A stretch of DNA of 41,409 nucleotides from Octopus bimaculoides (GCF_001194135.2 NC_068991.1:14384911-14426319), one strand, 5' to 3'. Positions 23,381 through 35,305 are shown, counted from the stretch's first letter. Made by a program: numbers and translations. Notes: generated from the sequence alone by a model not told the origin.

Positions 23381-25459
23381 CGTAAGCCATTTCATCATTT
23401 CATTCATCATTCGTTCTATGTATCCCACGTTTTGTATTGTATTGTCTGTCCTTGTAATTTCCTCCTCTATGTAGTGGCCTTTGTGCCAAAATAAAGAGAG
23501 TGTACACTTCCTTGACCTGGGAAGGAAATAAGGAATCGTCTTCCTATTACCTAAGGGTGAGGCTGGTGTAAAAAAAAAAGTGTGTAGGATTCATCCGCGA
23601 CACACCTGCTTAAGTGATAGTACGTAAGGGAGGTAACCATTGGTCACCAGTTCCTAGCACTGAGGACAAGCTGATTTCTTCCATTATCCACAGCTGCAGA
23701 AAATGATGCTCTAGAAAGAGCAATTTTAAAAAGCCATTGGTTTTTGTAGTTGCTCTGCTTTGCTGTTGCCCACTTTCTCTCCATTCTGCTTTTCCAGCTC
23801 CCCTAGGTACAAAGTCCTCAGGTAACTCTTACTGTCACACATGCAACAGATAAACTATCTGCCCTGCGCCGCAAGTTTTACCACTTTTCTCTCTACCCTA
23901 ACAATGACGTACAGCACAAAGAATAGCTGCTTCTGGGATCATGAGGACTTTCATATCTCAGCAAACTCTACCTAAGCACATTCATTCTGTGTCACTTTAA
24001 CACTCATCACTTGCTCTCACCTTGTTATATAAAGCTGACGTCGAACCAAGGGGCAATGTCACCATTAATATTCCTTCCTGTGACTCCCTGTATTTTGTTG
24101 CTTAATATATTACGACAGCAGCCACTGGATAGAGGAGTAACGCACCAGTTCGTTTTGCAATCCTGCTTCAGTTTTATAAATCAAACACACGCTTCTATAC
24201 ACCCTATCCCGCTCATTGAACATATGTCGTGCTATATACACTGTGTAGAGCATCTTTTGTTCCTTTGAGAAAAAATGAAAATCTCTTCTGGCCTTCATGA
24301 AACGGAGATATGTCACGAGTCCACTCTGGTGATATTACTCAGGCAAGGAAGTGTATGCTTTAGGGACAAACAACTGCTAAGCTTTCTATATTTGATTCTC
24401 GTCTAGAACCTTCATTGAGTTTGTAATTCTATCCAGTAAGGTGCTGCTAGCACGTTAATACTTTTGTTAACATCCAACACAAATTTGCGTAGCTGTCGTT
24501 AATATTTTTGGTTGTGTCGTGCAGATTCGTATTTTCGAGTATCAAATTGTGACTGTGTTTAAAGGTATATTCGTTTGCCTCGTGGTACTTTTTCCATTTA
24601 TTTATTTATTTATAACTTAGCACTTCTTCCAGGCGCTCTAATAGAAGAATCCATATCAAAAAGAAAGTCGATGTAAGAAAATGTTTTTCAAAATATATAA
24701 AATGAAGTCTAAGAGATAAACTCTTTATCTGCCACAGATATTGGTATTAACATCCACACTTTCCGAACCCCGCTATTTGTAAAATAATATAAAGTGTACA
24801 GAACGTGCAATCAATAGTAACATGAAGGATATGTCATTCTATTTCATAATGCTTTTGACTGCTGGTATATCTCTAGTTTTCAAAGTCATGCTTCCTGGGC
24901 ATGAAATAGTGTCCAAACGCGTGGTGATCGGACATGCATTAATTTTCAAACTCCCGAAGGGATTTTAAAACCAGTTGCACTTGTTGCAAAAACCAGCAGT
25001 AACCTATTACATCCAATAGTCCTTATCCGTTTTTGTTGACGAAAGGGGTAAGGACTTGGCCTCGGCTCAGAACATTGTCCGGTTTCTTTACGATCGCGAA
25101 ATGGGCGATTCGTTTTTTCTTCAAAAGTTCTGGCTGTAGAAATTTACCAATAGAAATATTTCTAAAAGCATTAAAGTAAATTGCATCATAATAAAAATAA
25201 AGATAGGGCAACTGTGACTTCAAGAGACGATCTGCATCTAAATATATACACATTATTTGTATGTATGACTGCACTAAATTTATTGTTAAATTCAATGAGA
25301 TAAACAGAAAAATATAACATTTTGAATAATTTTATCCACACCCAAAATTTTAGAAATTATTTTCAAACTCTTACTACCCCTACCTTCCTCACCCTGCACC
25401 CATTCCCAAAAACTAAGAGGTAAATATATAAACGAGAAAGAAAATACAGACATACTTCA

Positions 25460-25892
25460 ATTTACGTCGGTAATTAGTTTCAAAACGTGCGACTTAACTC
25501 GAAAAGTGACGTTACACATAAAAAAAATCATTAAAAAATCTAGCTTATATCTATTTTAATAAATAGTTTGGACATATTTTCACATGGTTTTAGATGTTTT
25601 TTTTTCTAACCGTATGTTTATAGATAAGCTCGCTGTGACCGACGTAAAATCGAAGAAATCGACTGAAATTAGAGCAGTTTCTTTTTTTCTTTTTCATTGA
25701 TTTCTTAAGAAAACATGCACACTCATGCACACACATACACAAAGTCGTTAAAGACATAACTAGAAATGACGTAAGTTGAGGTATGCCTATATGTCTACGT
25801 AAAAAGACAAAACGTTAGTTTTGTTTTTTCTTGTTTTTCCTCCTTATGAAAGCGTTTGTGACAGTGACTCAGCTATTTTCAAATGACGTGCG
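25460..25892. promoter_or_regulatory. Cluster of CRE/ATF-like and AP-1 motifs, possible promoter or enhancer
   Basis: ttacgtc 25462, tgacgtta 25507, gacgtaa 25641, tgacgtaa 25767, tacgtaa about 25796, tgactca 25865, tgacgtg 25884, all in non-repetitive CpG-retaining DNA. Confidence 0.35.
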
Positions 25893-26122
25893 TGGGCTGA
25901 AACTGGCTTAGAAAATAAATAAATAAATAAATAAATAAACCGCTCCAGTGCATAAAGCTACAATTATGGCAAAGGTTTGTGATAGATGTTGAGTGTAGGG
26001 GTATTGTGTCTGATTATAAGACAGGAGTGACCATAGAGAAATTCTGGCTAACTCAATGTATTGCTTGGATTGTTGCTATAGACTTTTGTAACATTCAAAA
26101 TCAAGGTTAGTGAAATAAATTT

Positions 26123-26745
26123 TTTCTACCATAGGCACAAGGCCTGAAATTTTGGTAGAGGAGACGAGTCGATTGCACCGACCCCGCAATGCTCAGCTGG
26201 TAATTATTTTATCGACCCCGAAAGGAGGAAAAGAAAAGTCGACCTCGGCGGAAATTGAACTCGGAATCGTGGTAAAGACGGAAAAAATACCGTTAAGCAC
26301 TGTTGTTTGGCCTGCAACAGATTCTTTTCTACTCTAGGCACAAGGCCCGAAATTTGAGGGGAGGGGCCCAGTCGATTAGATCGACCCAGTACGCAACTGG
26401 TACTTAATTTATCGACCCCGAAAGGATGAATGTCAAAGCCAACCTCGGCGGAATTTGAACTCAGAACGTAGCGGCAGACGAAACACCGCAAAGCATTTCG
26501 CCCGGCGTGCTAACATTTCTGCCAGCTCGCAGCCTTGGCCTGTTAAAGATTCTGCCACAAGGATAGCACTTTTAGGGTAGAGGATACCCCAGTGCTCAAC
26601 TAGTACTTATCTTATCGACCCCGAAAGAATAAAAAGGCAAAGTTGACCCCGGCAGAATTTGAACTCAACGTAAACAATAGAAAAAATACTGCCGAGCCTT
26701 TTTTTTTTGTTCGGTGCGCTAACGATTCAGCCAGTTTGCCGCCTT
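26123..26745 (-). mobile_element. Three head-to-tail SINE family D copies (26123-26323, 26326-26537, about 26575-26745)
   Basis: Middle copy is best preserved: A-box-like tggcagaaatg, B-box gagttcaaattcc, then gaggttggctttgacattcatcctttcggggtcgataaattaagtaccag (resembles the Meta/MESC domain, from memory). Confidence 0.88.
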
Positions 26746-27125
26746 TCAAGGTTATAGAAATAAGGAAAACATCATATCTGAGACGCAAAAGACGAATTGC
26801 TGCTTACATTAACGAAAGATGTTTGAGCACCGTATACAAATATATTGCCGTTTGTAAAGTCGTCAGTGCTTGTCAATGTCTGTAGTATGAACGAAATTAT
26901 TAACTATTCATTATTTGGTTGTTTATATTGCTACTACTTATGACAGCGGCATTCCCAAAATAGTATTTTCTTTGTTTACTAAAGATTTATTACTATTTAC
27001 CTTCTCTGTAAAATCCGCGTCCTTTTTCTAATTTCATATCCTTATGATAATCGTCAAATTTAAATGTGAAAAGGCGAGTTAAGTTTCCTCTTGGCCTAAA
27101 TAATGTACTATTGTCGACTTTTTTG

Positions 27126-27213
27126 TTGTAGTAGTAGTGGTAGTAGCAGCAACAGTAGAAGTAGTGGTGGTGGTGGTAGTAGTAGCAGTAGTAGTAGTAA
27201 TAGTAGTAGTAGT
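27126..27213. repeat. (TAG)/(TGG) trinucleotide repeat
   Basis: Directly visible. Confidence 0.92.
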
Positions 27214-27679
27214 AAAATTAGTTGGGATCACTTAACTCTCATCATTCATATATATCAACCATGGCTGATACATATGCATTTTCTACCATTCTGCCACATT
27301 TCAGTACACACACACACATATATATGTATATCCAAAATGGAGACGAGCACCATCCCACCGTGTGATCGGCTAGAAAAATTGTTAAGATATTAACATGTTT
27401 TCTTAACAAGAAACTAAGGGTAACCTTAATAGGCAAATAAAGAAATTTTATCCGTCTAAGTGGTATTGCGAATTTATTCTCATTGTTCGACATTTACGTG
27501 TAGACAGACAGACAGACAGACAGTAATCTGAGCCCGAACGAGCTGGGCTTCTGTATGAAGCCTACGAAACTGTAAGTCGCATAGAGCCAAATCCATGCAA
27601 CTGACTGAATGTGTTGAGTACCTTTTTCTTTCGTTTGTCCACTCGTACATGATAGATCGCTGACCACTGCATTTATATA

Positions 27680-27891
27680 TTTTTTCTCCTTGTTTCTTTC
27701 TGTGTTCCTTTCAGTTGAAGAGCGTAGGCTCGAAACGTCAAAGACTTTCTCTATTCCCGAGAGTTAAACTAATACATCCANNNNNNNNNNACGTCAAAGA
27801 CTTTCTCTATTCCAGAGCGTTAAACTAATACATCCATTTGTTGTTTACACCACCTGTCTTCGTCTGTTGTTTTTTTCGTAAATTCTCCCAT
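27680..27891 (+). mobile_element. Family G short repeat (Penelope-terminus-like) with a hammerhead-like motif
   Basis: Flanked by TA runs; matches 2700-2866 and 41293-41409; contains a 10-N gap with a duplicated 46-mer. Confidence 0.8.
27708..27743 (+). ncRNA. Minimal type I hammerhead-ribozyme-like motif (variant core)
   Basis: cttt | cagttga a | gagc-gtag-gctc | gaaa cgtc | aaag. Stem I cttt/aaag, stem II 4 bp, GAAA, palindromic ACGT stem III, GUC site. The core deviates from CUGANGA at two positions. Confidence 0.5.
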
Positions 27892-28754
27892 ATATATACA
27901 TATATATATTCGACTTCTTTCTGATTTGTGTATTTTCATCTTTAGCCCTAAAATTTTAACATGTATCTTAAAATTATAACACTAATCCTTCAGATCCTGA
28001 TTCTAACACCCTGAAATATATCCACTTTTTAGTTGATTTAGATACTCTTAACGAGGATCTATGGCTTCTAAATCTATCCCAACGCAAAGGGAATAAACGC
28101 ATTCGCTCCCGGTACCACATTACATCTGACAGTAACCATTTGATCGTTGACAACAAATAAGTTCTATCAAAAACCCTGTATACGAATCATACGCGTTAGT
28201 TTTACTCCTAACATACTGTGACTGGATATTTTTCCGATATTTTTTATACTTTTTTTTCTAATTTCGTTCCAATATTTCCCTGGTATTTTTCTCACGTTTC
28301 TTGTTTTCCTAAATTTTATAGCATTGATTATATTTTTTACTACTGTTAATATTTTGATATTTGTTTAAATTTTAATATTTGTGCATATCTTAATATTTGT
28401 TTTGTATTTCTATTTTTCAACGCATCTGTATATGCTGATATTTGTAATATATTGCATAATTTTGTTATTTCGATTTTAAATATACATTGGCACACCAGTG
28501 TTTACATATTTATCGTTAAACATATTTTCCATTTTTCGTAATTGTTTTTAACTTTAGATCCCGAGGTGTCACAACAACATATGGTATATTCTTACTTCCG
28601 ATATGCTACGTAATGCACACCTATTAATATATTAGGTTATATTATTATGGTTTATGTTATTCTGCCTTCTATAGCTCATATCATTTTTTAGTTTCTCTAT
28701 TTTCGTCCGAGATGCATCAGAACGCATATTGATCCCTCCAATTCTTCTTTTCTT

Positions 28755-29066
28755 CGCTCTTTTTAAAGCCTAGCCAGGTTCATGGGCCCGGTTTCCTGGT
28801 TTCTATGGCGTATGTGTTCCCCCCCAGCTGGAAGAAAGAGTGAGAGNNNNNNNNNNGGCGTATGTGTTCCCCCCCAGCTGGAAGAAAGAGTGAGAGAAAG
28901 TTGGGGCGAAAGAGTACAACAGGGGTCGCTACTACCCCCTGCCAGAGCCTCGTGGAGCTTAGGTGCTATCGCTCAATAAACACACACAACGCCCGGTCTG
29001 AGAATCGAAACCGCGATCTCCGACCGCGAGTCCGCTGCCCTAACCACTGGTCCATTGCGCCTCCAC
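28755..29066 (-). mobile_element. SINE with family B head but a different tail
   Basis: Head matches B up to ctttctctcactct, then switches to ccagctgggggggaacacatacgccatagaaaccagg...; CpGs intact. Confidence 0.85.
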
Positions 29067-31286
29067 GATCTCTGCAATACCAGTATGTAATCCATTTTTT
29101 TTTTTTTTTGCTTGAAGATTTGTTCACTCTGCTCTTCACGACTACTGATGATCATTTTTATGCATTTTACTCTTAAGAACGATTCGCAGACACATTAAAA
29201 TCCTATCACCAACGCTTAACCTTCAATTGTAAGGTATCATTTCCATTACTCATACACGGATTATTCATTTGCCTGGATGATTTCGCTCATGTACTTTCTT
29301 ATTCTAATAATATTTCTTATTCTCTTTTTAGATATTCACTTTAAATGTTGGTTTTCTTCACCGTTAAATCTCTGACACCCTTTTGTGAGTTGAGTTTATA
29401 AAATTCATTTCGAGTCCCATTTGTCTATTAGCCACTTATCCTCCACATGACTTTATTCATTCCCGAATATATGGAATAGTAAATACTCAGTTCATGGTTT
29501 ACTAAGTTGCATATTTGAAACACATCTTTCCAACATTTGCTTGTGTTCCATTAGCACATAGAAGTCGTGAAGTTACTCTTTCTGTATACTTGCTTCTCCG
29601 GTAAACGCTTTTAGCTAACTAGCGTACTTAGAATTTCGTTCCCTGGCCATTTACATTTTCTTCCCACTTTTCAATAATTTAAGTGATGGCATTATTTAAT
29701 CCCATCCATACCATTTAAATACTGCTGTTTTAATTAACTAATTTAATAAGTAGTTAATAATTAAGCTATTTTTCTTCATACTTAATGAAGTTAAAATGAA
29801 ATTATATTTAAATTTTTCATATTTTACTTCACTCGTTGCCACAAATTCTGTATCGTATTTACCCACCTTTGCACAACATTTCGGCGTCGAGGGCCACTGA
29901 TATATATTTTAATGTGTATAAACACTTTGTTATTCCCTTATCTCAGGCTCCAGTTGAATGAATAACAAACAGCTGTCGTCTGCGACAAGTTTCTTACCAG
30001 TGTCACTATCTGCGTCTTTATTAATATCGCAATTACATCTCTGTACAGCTTACTCTTGAGTTTTATTGCTAGTAACTTTTCCGTACACCGACCACACCAC
30101 TACACTCCTAATCATAGGGTTTTGGCACTATCGTTTATTTGCTTCTCTCTAATCAACATACCTCTGCCGTCAATTATCATCATCACTATTACCATTTTTA
30201 TTATTATTTCTAGAGTTTGCTTACTGTTTTTATTCCTTGTAGTACGAAAAAAAACAATAATAATGGTTTCTGATATTTATTTATCAAATGAGAAAATAAA
30301 AGAAATCATTATTATTGTTGTTATTGTTATTATTATTGGTGTTTTTATTATTGGTCTCTCGTAATATTTCTAAATTTGCCTCAACTTATATTTCAGATTT
30401 ACTACTGACTAGTCTATTATTAATACCTTATCAGTGAGGCTGGTACCACTAAGATTGCTTTTATTTTTGATGGTAGTATTGTTGTCCTTCCAACCATCCA
30501 CCCACTATTCCCAGAAGAGCCGTGAGCGTAGAGTTCTCATGCAGTTCATTCATAGGGTCATCAGATTTTCCGGCTGGTTTCCCACGCATGACCAACTGAC
30601 ACTATAGTTTTACCCAACCGACTTATTTTTACTTTACCCTTAGGTCTCCTGCTAGTTGAAGAGGCTTGAATAATCTGTCTTACAATTTTTTCCGACATTG
30701 TAATCCCGTCCTCTTACGGGAGATGTGACATCTCAATGCTCGACCTGATCTCGAAGCTACGCAACTTAGCTAGGAAGGTTGCTACCACTGCTGTTACTGC
30801 TGCTAATATTGTTGTTGTCCTTTATTTTCGTATTCCCTATCAACATACCACGCTTTATAAACAACGCAGAAGACATGTTCGCAACTCAATACGAAAACAC
30901 ACAACTTATTAATTAGTCTTATGAAGATCAAGCCCGATATTTTCTATAACTCATATTCCATAAATTTTCACACTGAATCTACAATAGAAGGAATTGTACG
31001 GAAACAGCTGTAACTGGTGGTAAACCTGCACTATATTCATTTTGCAACGCGTCGTTTTTGTAACATGTTATCCTTCATAAGACAAAGCAGAGATTCTACA
31101 CCAGGGGTCATTGAGTTTTTCTGAAAGTTGCAATACGACAGTGCAAAGTAGCCATGAATTCGGGCTGAGTGTTGCCGTACAAATACACCAATATTCTAAC
31201 TTATTAGTACCAACACTATATGTTTATACATGTGTCTTCATTTATGCATATACACACACACACACAAACGCACACGCACACACACA

Positions 31287-31344
<58 letters not shown>

Positions 31345-31394
31345 TATATATATATATATAAAAGAGTACACCATCTAATGAGAGTTTACCATAT

Positions 31395-31480
31395 ATTGGG
31401 TTGGCAACTAATTTCACGCGGTTTTTTAAATTAAAATCTTTTAAAAGGTTTAATAAAAATAACAACTAATTAATAATGTA
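31395..31480 (+). mobile_element. Mariner-type TIR fragment
   Basis: ta|ttgggttggcaactaa resembles mariner-family TIRs. Confidence 0.45.
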
Positions 31481-31604
31481 TTCACCAATGGTATTCGTCG
31501 ATGATACTTCAATATATATATATATAAAAAAAAAGATTATATTAGACTCCATAATATCGAATAAATTACAAAACCTATAAAACCGGGTTACTGGCAGAAT
31601 CGTT

Positions 31605-32072
31605 AGCAGTGAATGGATGGAAAAGTAACGATCCTCTGGCACGGAGCGTGTAATCGTTCACCGTCGAACGGATATTATCCTATTGAATAAAAGAGACAAA
31701 CACTGTCAGATCATTGATGTAACCATACCAAATGTCATGAATGTTGTGAGTAAAGAGGTTGAAAAAAATCACCAAGTACTCCGAATTGAAAGTGGAAATG
31801 GCAAGACTGTATGGAATGCGAGAGGGTAATGTAAAAGTGAGAAGAGTGGTAATCGGAGCGTTGGGCACCATCCCATTGAAACTTCAAGACTTCTTAAGGC
31901 AACTGGAAATCCCATGGAAGATTGATGTCTTTCAAAAAGCAGCCTTATTAGGCACAGCGCACATCTTAATGAAAGTATTATCTGTGTGAGGTCCTTGTTG
32001 TGACTTGACAGATGACTAAAGACTCCGGTGCATTTTTACCTACACTGAGCTTCGAAGGAATAATAATAATAA
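31605..32072 (+). pseudogene. 5'-truncated RLE-type non-LTR retrotransposon (R4/Dong-like) with (TAA)n tail
   Basis: RVIVHRRTDIILLNKRDKHCQIIDVTIPNVMNVVSKEVEK (frameshift) ITKYSELKVEMARLYGM...VVIGALGTIPLKLQDFLRQLEIPWKIDVFQKAALLGTAHILMKVLSV*; short 3' UTR; taataataataa. Confidence 0.88.
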
Positions 32073-32099
32073 CTGTAAAAACATACAGATAAAATGTAA

Positions 32100-32112
32100 A
32101 TAATGATGATGG

Positions 32113-32150
<38 letters not shown>

Positions 32151-32203
32151 GTAGTGATGATGATGGTGGTGGTGGTTGTGGTGGTGGTTGTGGCGGTGGT
32201 GAT
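32100..32203. repeat. (TGA)n/(TGG)n microsatellite
   Basis: Directly visible; source of the poly-M/V ORF. Confidence 0.97.
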
Positions 32204-32204
32204 A

Positions 32205-32610
32205 ATAAGAACAATGGCAGAGTCGGAGACCACCAAAATCCTGTGGGATTTCCCAGTCTTAACAGATCAGGTGCTCGAGCATAATAGACTTGATCTAGTG
32301 ATGGTGGACAACATCACCACATGTACTATAGTGGATGCTTCAAGCTCCTTTGACCCTCGAACAGTCAAGAAGGAAGGCGATAAATAGATTAATATAACCC
32401 TCTTAAGTACGAAATAGATCGGCTATGAAATATGAGGAAAATGAAAATAGTGCCAATTAGTCCTTGGGGACATCTAGAGGCATCTAGAGGAATATAAAGT
32501 AAATTGGAATACAGTGCCCAGTAGAACTGTTACAAACGATTTGGTCCGTTCGTGCTACGATCACGATGAGACGGATAACTTCCCTTGGCAAAACAAACAG
32601 GACACAGTAG
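32205..32610 (+). pseudogene. Second RLE-type LINE 3' fragment (different family)
   Basis: AESETTKILWDFPVLTDQVLEHNRLDLVMVDNITTCTIVDASSSFDPRTVKKEGDK*...LKYEIDRL*NMRKMKIVP. Confidence 0.82.
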
Positions 32611-33282
32611 TGTGTCGATAAGNNNNNNNNNNNNNNNNNNNNNNNNNNNNNNNNNNNNNNNNNNNNNNNNNNNNNNNNNNNNNNNNNNNNNNNNNNNNNN
32701 NNNNNNNNNNNNNNNNNNNNNNGTGTGTGTGTGTGTGTGTGTGTGTCATATATATATGTGTGTGTGTGTGCGCGTGTGTGTATCAGTTGAATAAAGTTAA
32801 AGCTGAAGTATTATTCAACTGATATATTATTCTATACACATTTACACAAATTCGGAATACACACACACACACAAATATGTGTGTATGTCTATGTAGACAT
32901 TTTGTCTGCATGAACACATATTTACACATACTGATCAGGACATAAATGATTAGTGCCATTTCGTTAATTACTAAGTAGGTGCTAGTTAATGCAATATTTG
33001 TCGAGCCTAATTGACCTGTAGTTAAGGACAAAGGAAAGAAGGTCTGTTCTTAATGTCAGTTGAAAATTTTCACTTGATCTGTTTGTGAATGAGATCGAAC
33101 TGATATTGACAAAGATTCTATTTTGTCAAGGACTTAGAACTGCATTGACGTGGACACACCTGATACTTGGTCAAATGTCATTGCTTGGAAAAGAGAGAAA
33201 GATAATTTATTAAACTGAAGATTAAAAACTAATAATAAAAATAATAATGTGCTGGAAATATATACATACATATATATGGAAA

Positions 33283-33444
33283 GTGGCACTCCGTCGGTTA
33301 TGACGTCGAGGGTTCCAGTTGATCCGATCAACGGAAGAGTCTGTTCGTGAAATTAAGGTGCAAGTGGCTGAGCACTCCACAGACACGTGTACCCTTAACG
33401 TAGTTCTCGGGGAGATTCAGCGTGACACAGAGTGTGACAAGGCT
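33283..33444 (-). mobile_element. SINE B/F shared tail
   Basis: gtggcactccgtcggttatgacgtcgagggttccagttgatccgatc... Confidence 0.88.
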
Positions 33445-33643
33445 TCACATGTTCCTTATTTTTTTGCAGATATAGCTGTGAATTTCTCCCGGAAAAGAAG
33501 TTAAGCTACATTCATGGAGAACCAGCGATGCGAACTCGCATTCTTAGATTTACTTGTGTGTCGAATTAATTTAATTTAATTAGATTTTTTTTTTTGCAAC
33601 CAATAAGCGATTAGAAAGATGCTATATCAAAAGACATATCAAA

Positions 33644-33890
33644 ACGTGAAATTAGTGTGCAAGTGGCTGAGCACTCCACAGACACGCGTACCCTTAATGT
33701 AGTTCTTGAGGAGATTCAGCGTGTCATGGCCGGCTCTTTGAAATACAGGTACCACTCATTTTTGCCAGCTGAGTGGACTGGAACAACCCGAAATAACGTG
33801 TCTTGTTCAAGGACACATCACGCCACCGGGAATCGAGCTCACGACCTTACGACCGTGAGCCAATTACCTTAACCACTAAGCTACGCTCCT
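33644..33890 (-). mobile_element. SINE family F
   Basis: Tail, CORE-like segment and tRNA-like head (aaccactaagctacgc). Confidence 0.82.
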
Positions 33891-34142
33891 TCATTATTTG
33901 CCAACACACAAGGGTCACTGCGACAGCGAATGTATCCCAACATATTACAACCTCCATTAAAGCTCAGAGATGAAATGAAATCATAACAGTGATGCAACGA
34001 AACATAACAGTACGACAGCCCAGGTCAGCGCTGCAATATCATGCGTCCTGCCTTTACAGACAATAGCTTTTACAATTTTATATCTCTTTCCATATCTTTG
34101 CAACAGAACGGAATAGAATTTTCTTCATCGAAAGCACAATGC

Positions 34143-34219
34143 CGTGATATCAATAAAAGCAAGTGTTTAACTTACTTGCATTGATAGCAAGTGAAAAACT
34201 TGCTTTTATTGATAGCATG
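34143..34219. other. 77-nt hairpin with a perfect 17-bp stem
   Basis: tatcaataaaagcaagt (34148-64) pairs with acttgcttttattgata (34198-214); inner acttgc/gcaagt stem around a 7-nt loop. Confidence 0.85.
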
Positions 34220-35204
34220 TGTCGGCTGAATATATTTCATAATGTATGAATACTTTAACGCAACGTCTGTTGTACGCACACATAAATATATGCACTTTTG
34301 TGTACATCTGCCGACTCACTTGCATGTCAATACGTTTAGTGCACTCAATGCTCTTTTGCAAACATCTGCAGACCCACTTGCATATACACAAAAGCGCATA
34401 CATAAACACACTCAGATATACAAACGTACACAAAGTGTTCTAACGTGTATATGCACTACATCAACGCTGCTTCTAAAACATTGTCTTTACTTCTGTTTCA
34501 AAATATTTCACTGTATTTCAAGCAACATTTCTTGACTCCAGAATTGAAACCCCATTCCTTTTTATAATTAACGATAATGTTATCTTGCTAATCAGACGTA
34601 TCGCAATCAAATTAATTGACTATTTGCAATCAGCGAACGTGTATCTTATGTAGAACAAAACATTCTGTACAATTTACTCTGTATTTCGCAAGTCGATTCA
34701 AAAGATATTTTTCTGCAGATTTGTTAGTTAATCGACGAGAGAGCTAATAAACCGGTGCAACCGAACAAAAACGAATCCCACGTGGTAATTATTTCACCTT
34801 GCAGCCAGCTTTAAATACACTGCAATAAAAAGAAAAAGACCGCCAGAAGCAGTCTTCATTTAGAACTTGTCAGCGAGTGCACCTCTCTGTGGACGCCCTA
34901 CTTCCTAGAATTAGCATAAACCCTAACTCAAATTACACTGCAGTGTCTTAACCTCTTAATATATTATGCCGTATATTTTCGTTCAGAGATGTCTAGTAAA
35001 TATATATTTGAACGAAAATATTCGTTCATTGTATTCCGAGGAAACTGTAATTTATTTCTAACTCGAAATACTTCGTTCATGATGTATAGAAAACAGGAAT
35101 TATATCATTTCTATCAGTAACTTCAAAATTAAATCACAACCGATCCAAAATAATTTGTGTACTTATTCTGCTTTATATACAGATTCAAAATAAATGATTA
35201 AAAA

Positions 35205-35305
35205 AAAAATTTTTTACGGCAGAATTTGAACTCAGAACTTAACGGCAGACGAAATAACGATAAGCATTTCGCCCTGTGCGCTAACGTTTCTGCCAGCTCG
35301 CCGCC
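35205..35305 (-). mobile_element. SINE family D head
   Basis: cggcagaatttgaactcagaac...gcatttcgccc...ctgccagctcgccgcc. Confidence 0.85.

Noticed and set aside
25023-25295. 90-aa minus ORF containing LSRGQVL, reminiscent of the hAT WLSRGKVL motif; also a possible 90-nt exon
   Set aside because: Flanking residues do not follow the hAT pattern and no homology is recognised.
27736-27836. Apparent tandem duplication in family G around a 10-N gap
   Set aside because: The duplication flanks a minimal gap and has 2 mismatches; probably a contig overlap or allelic artefact, so it is not counted as a retrozyme tandem.
28807-28896. Exact 40-bp direct repeat around 10 Ns
   Set aside because: Scaffolding overlap artefact.
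27900-29700. Possible degraded LINE remnants on the minus strand
   Set aside because: No interpretable motif could be recovered.
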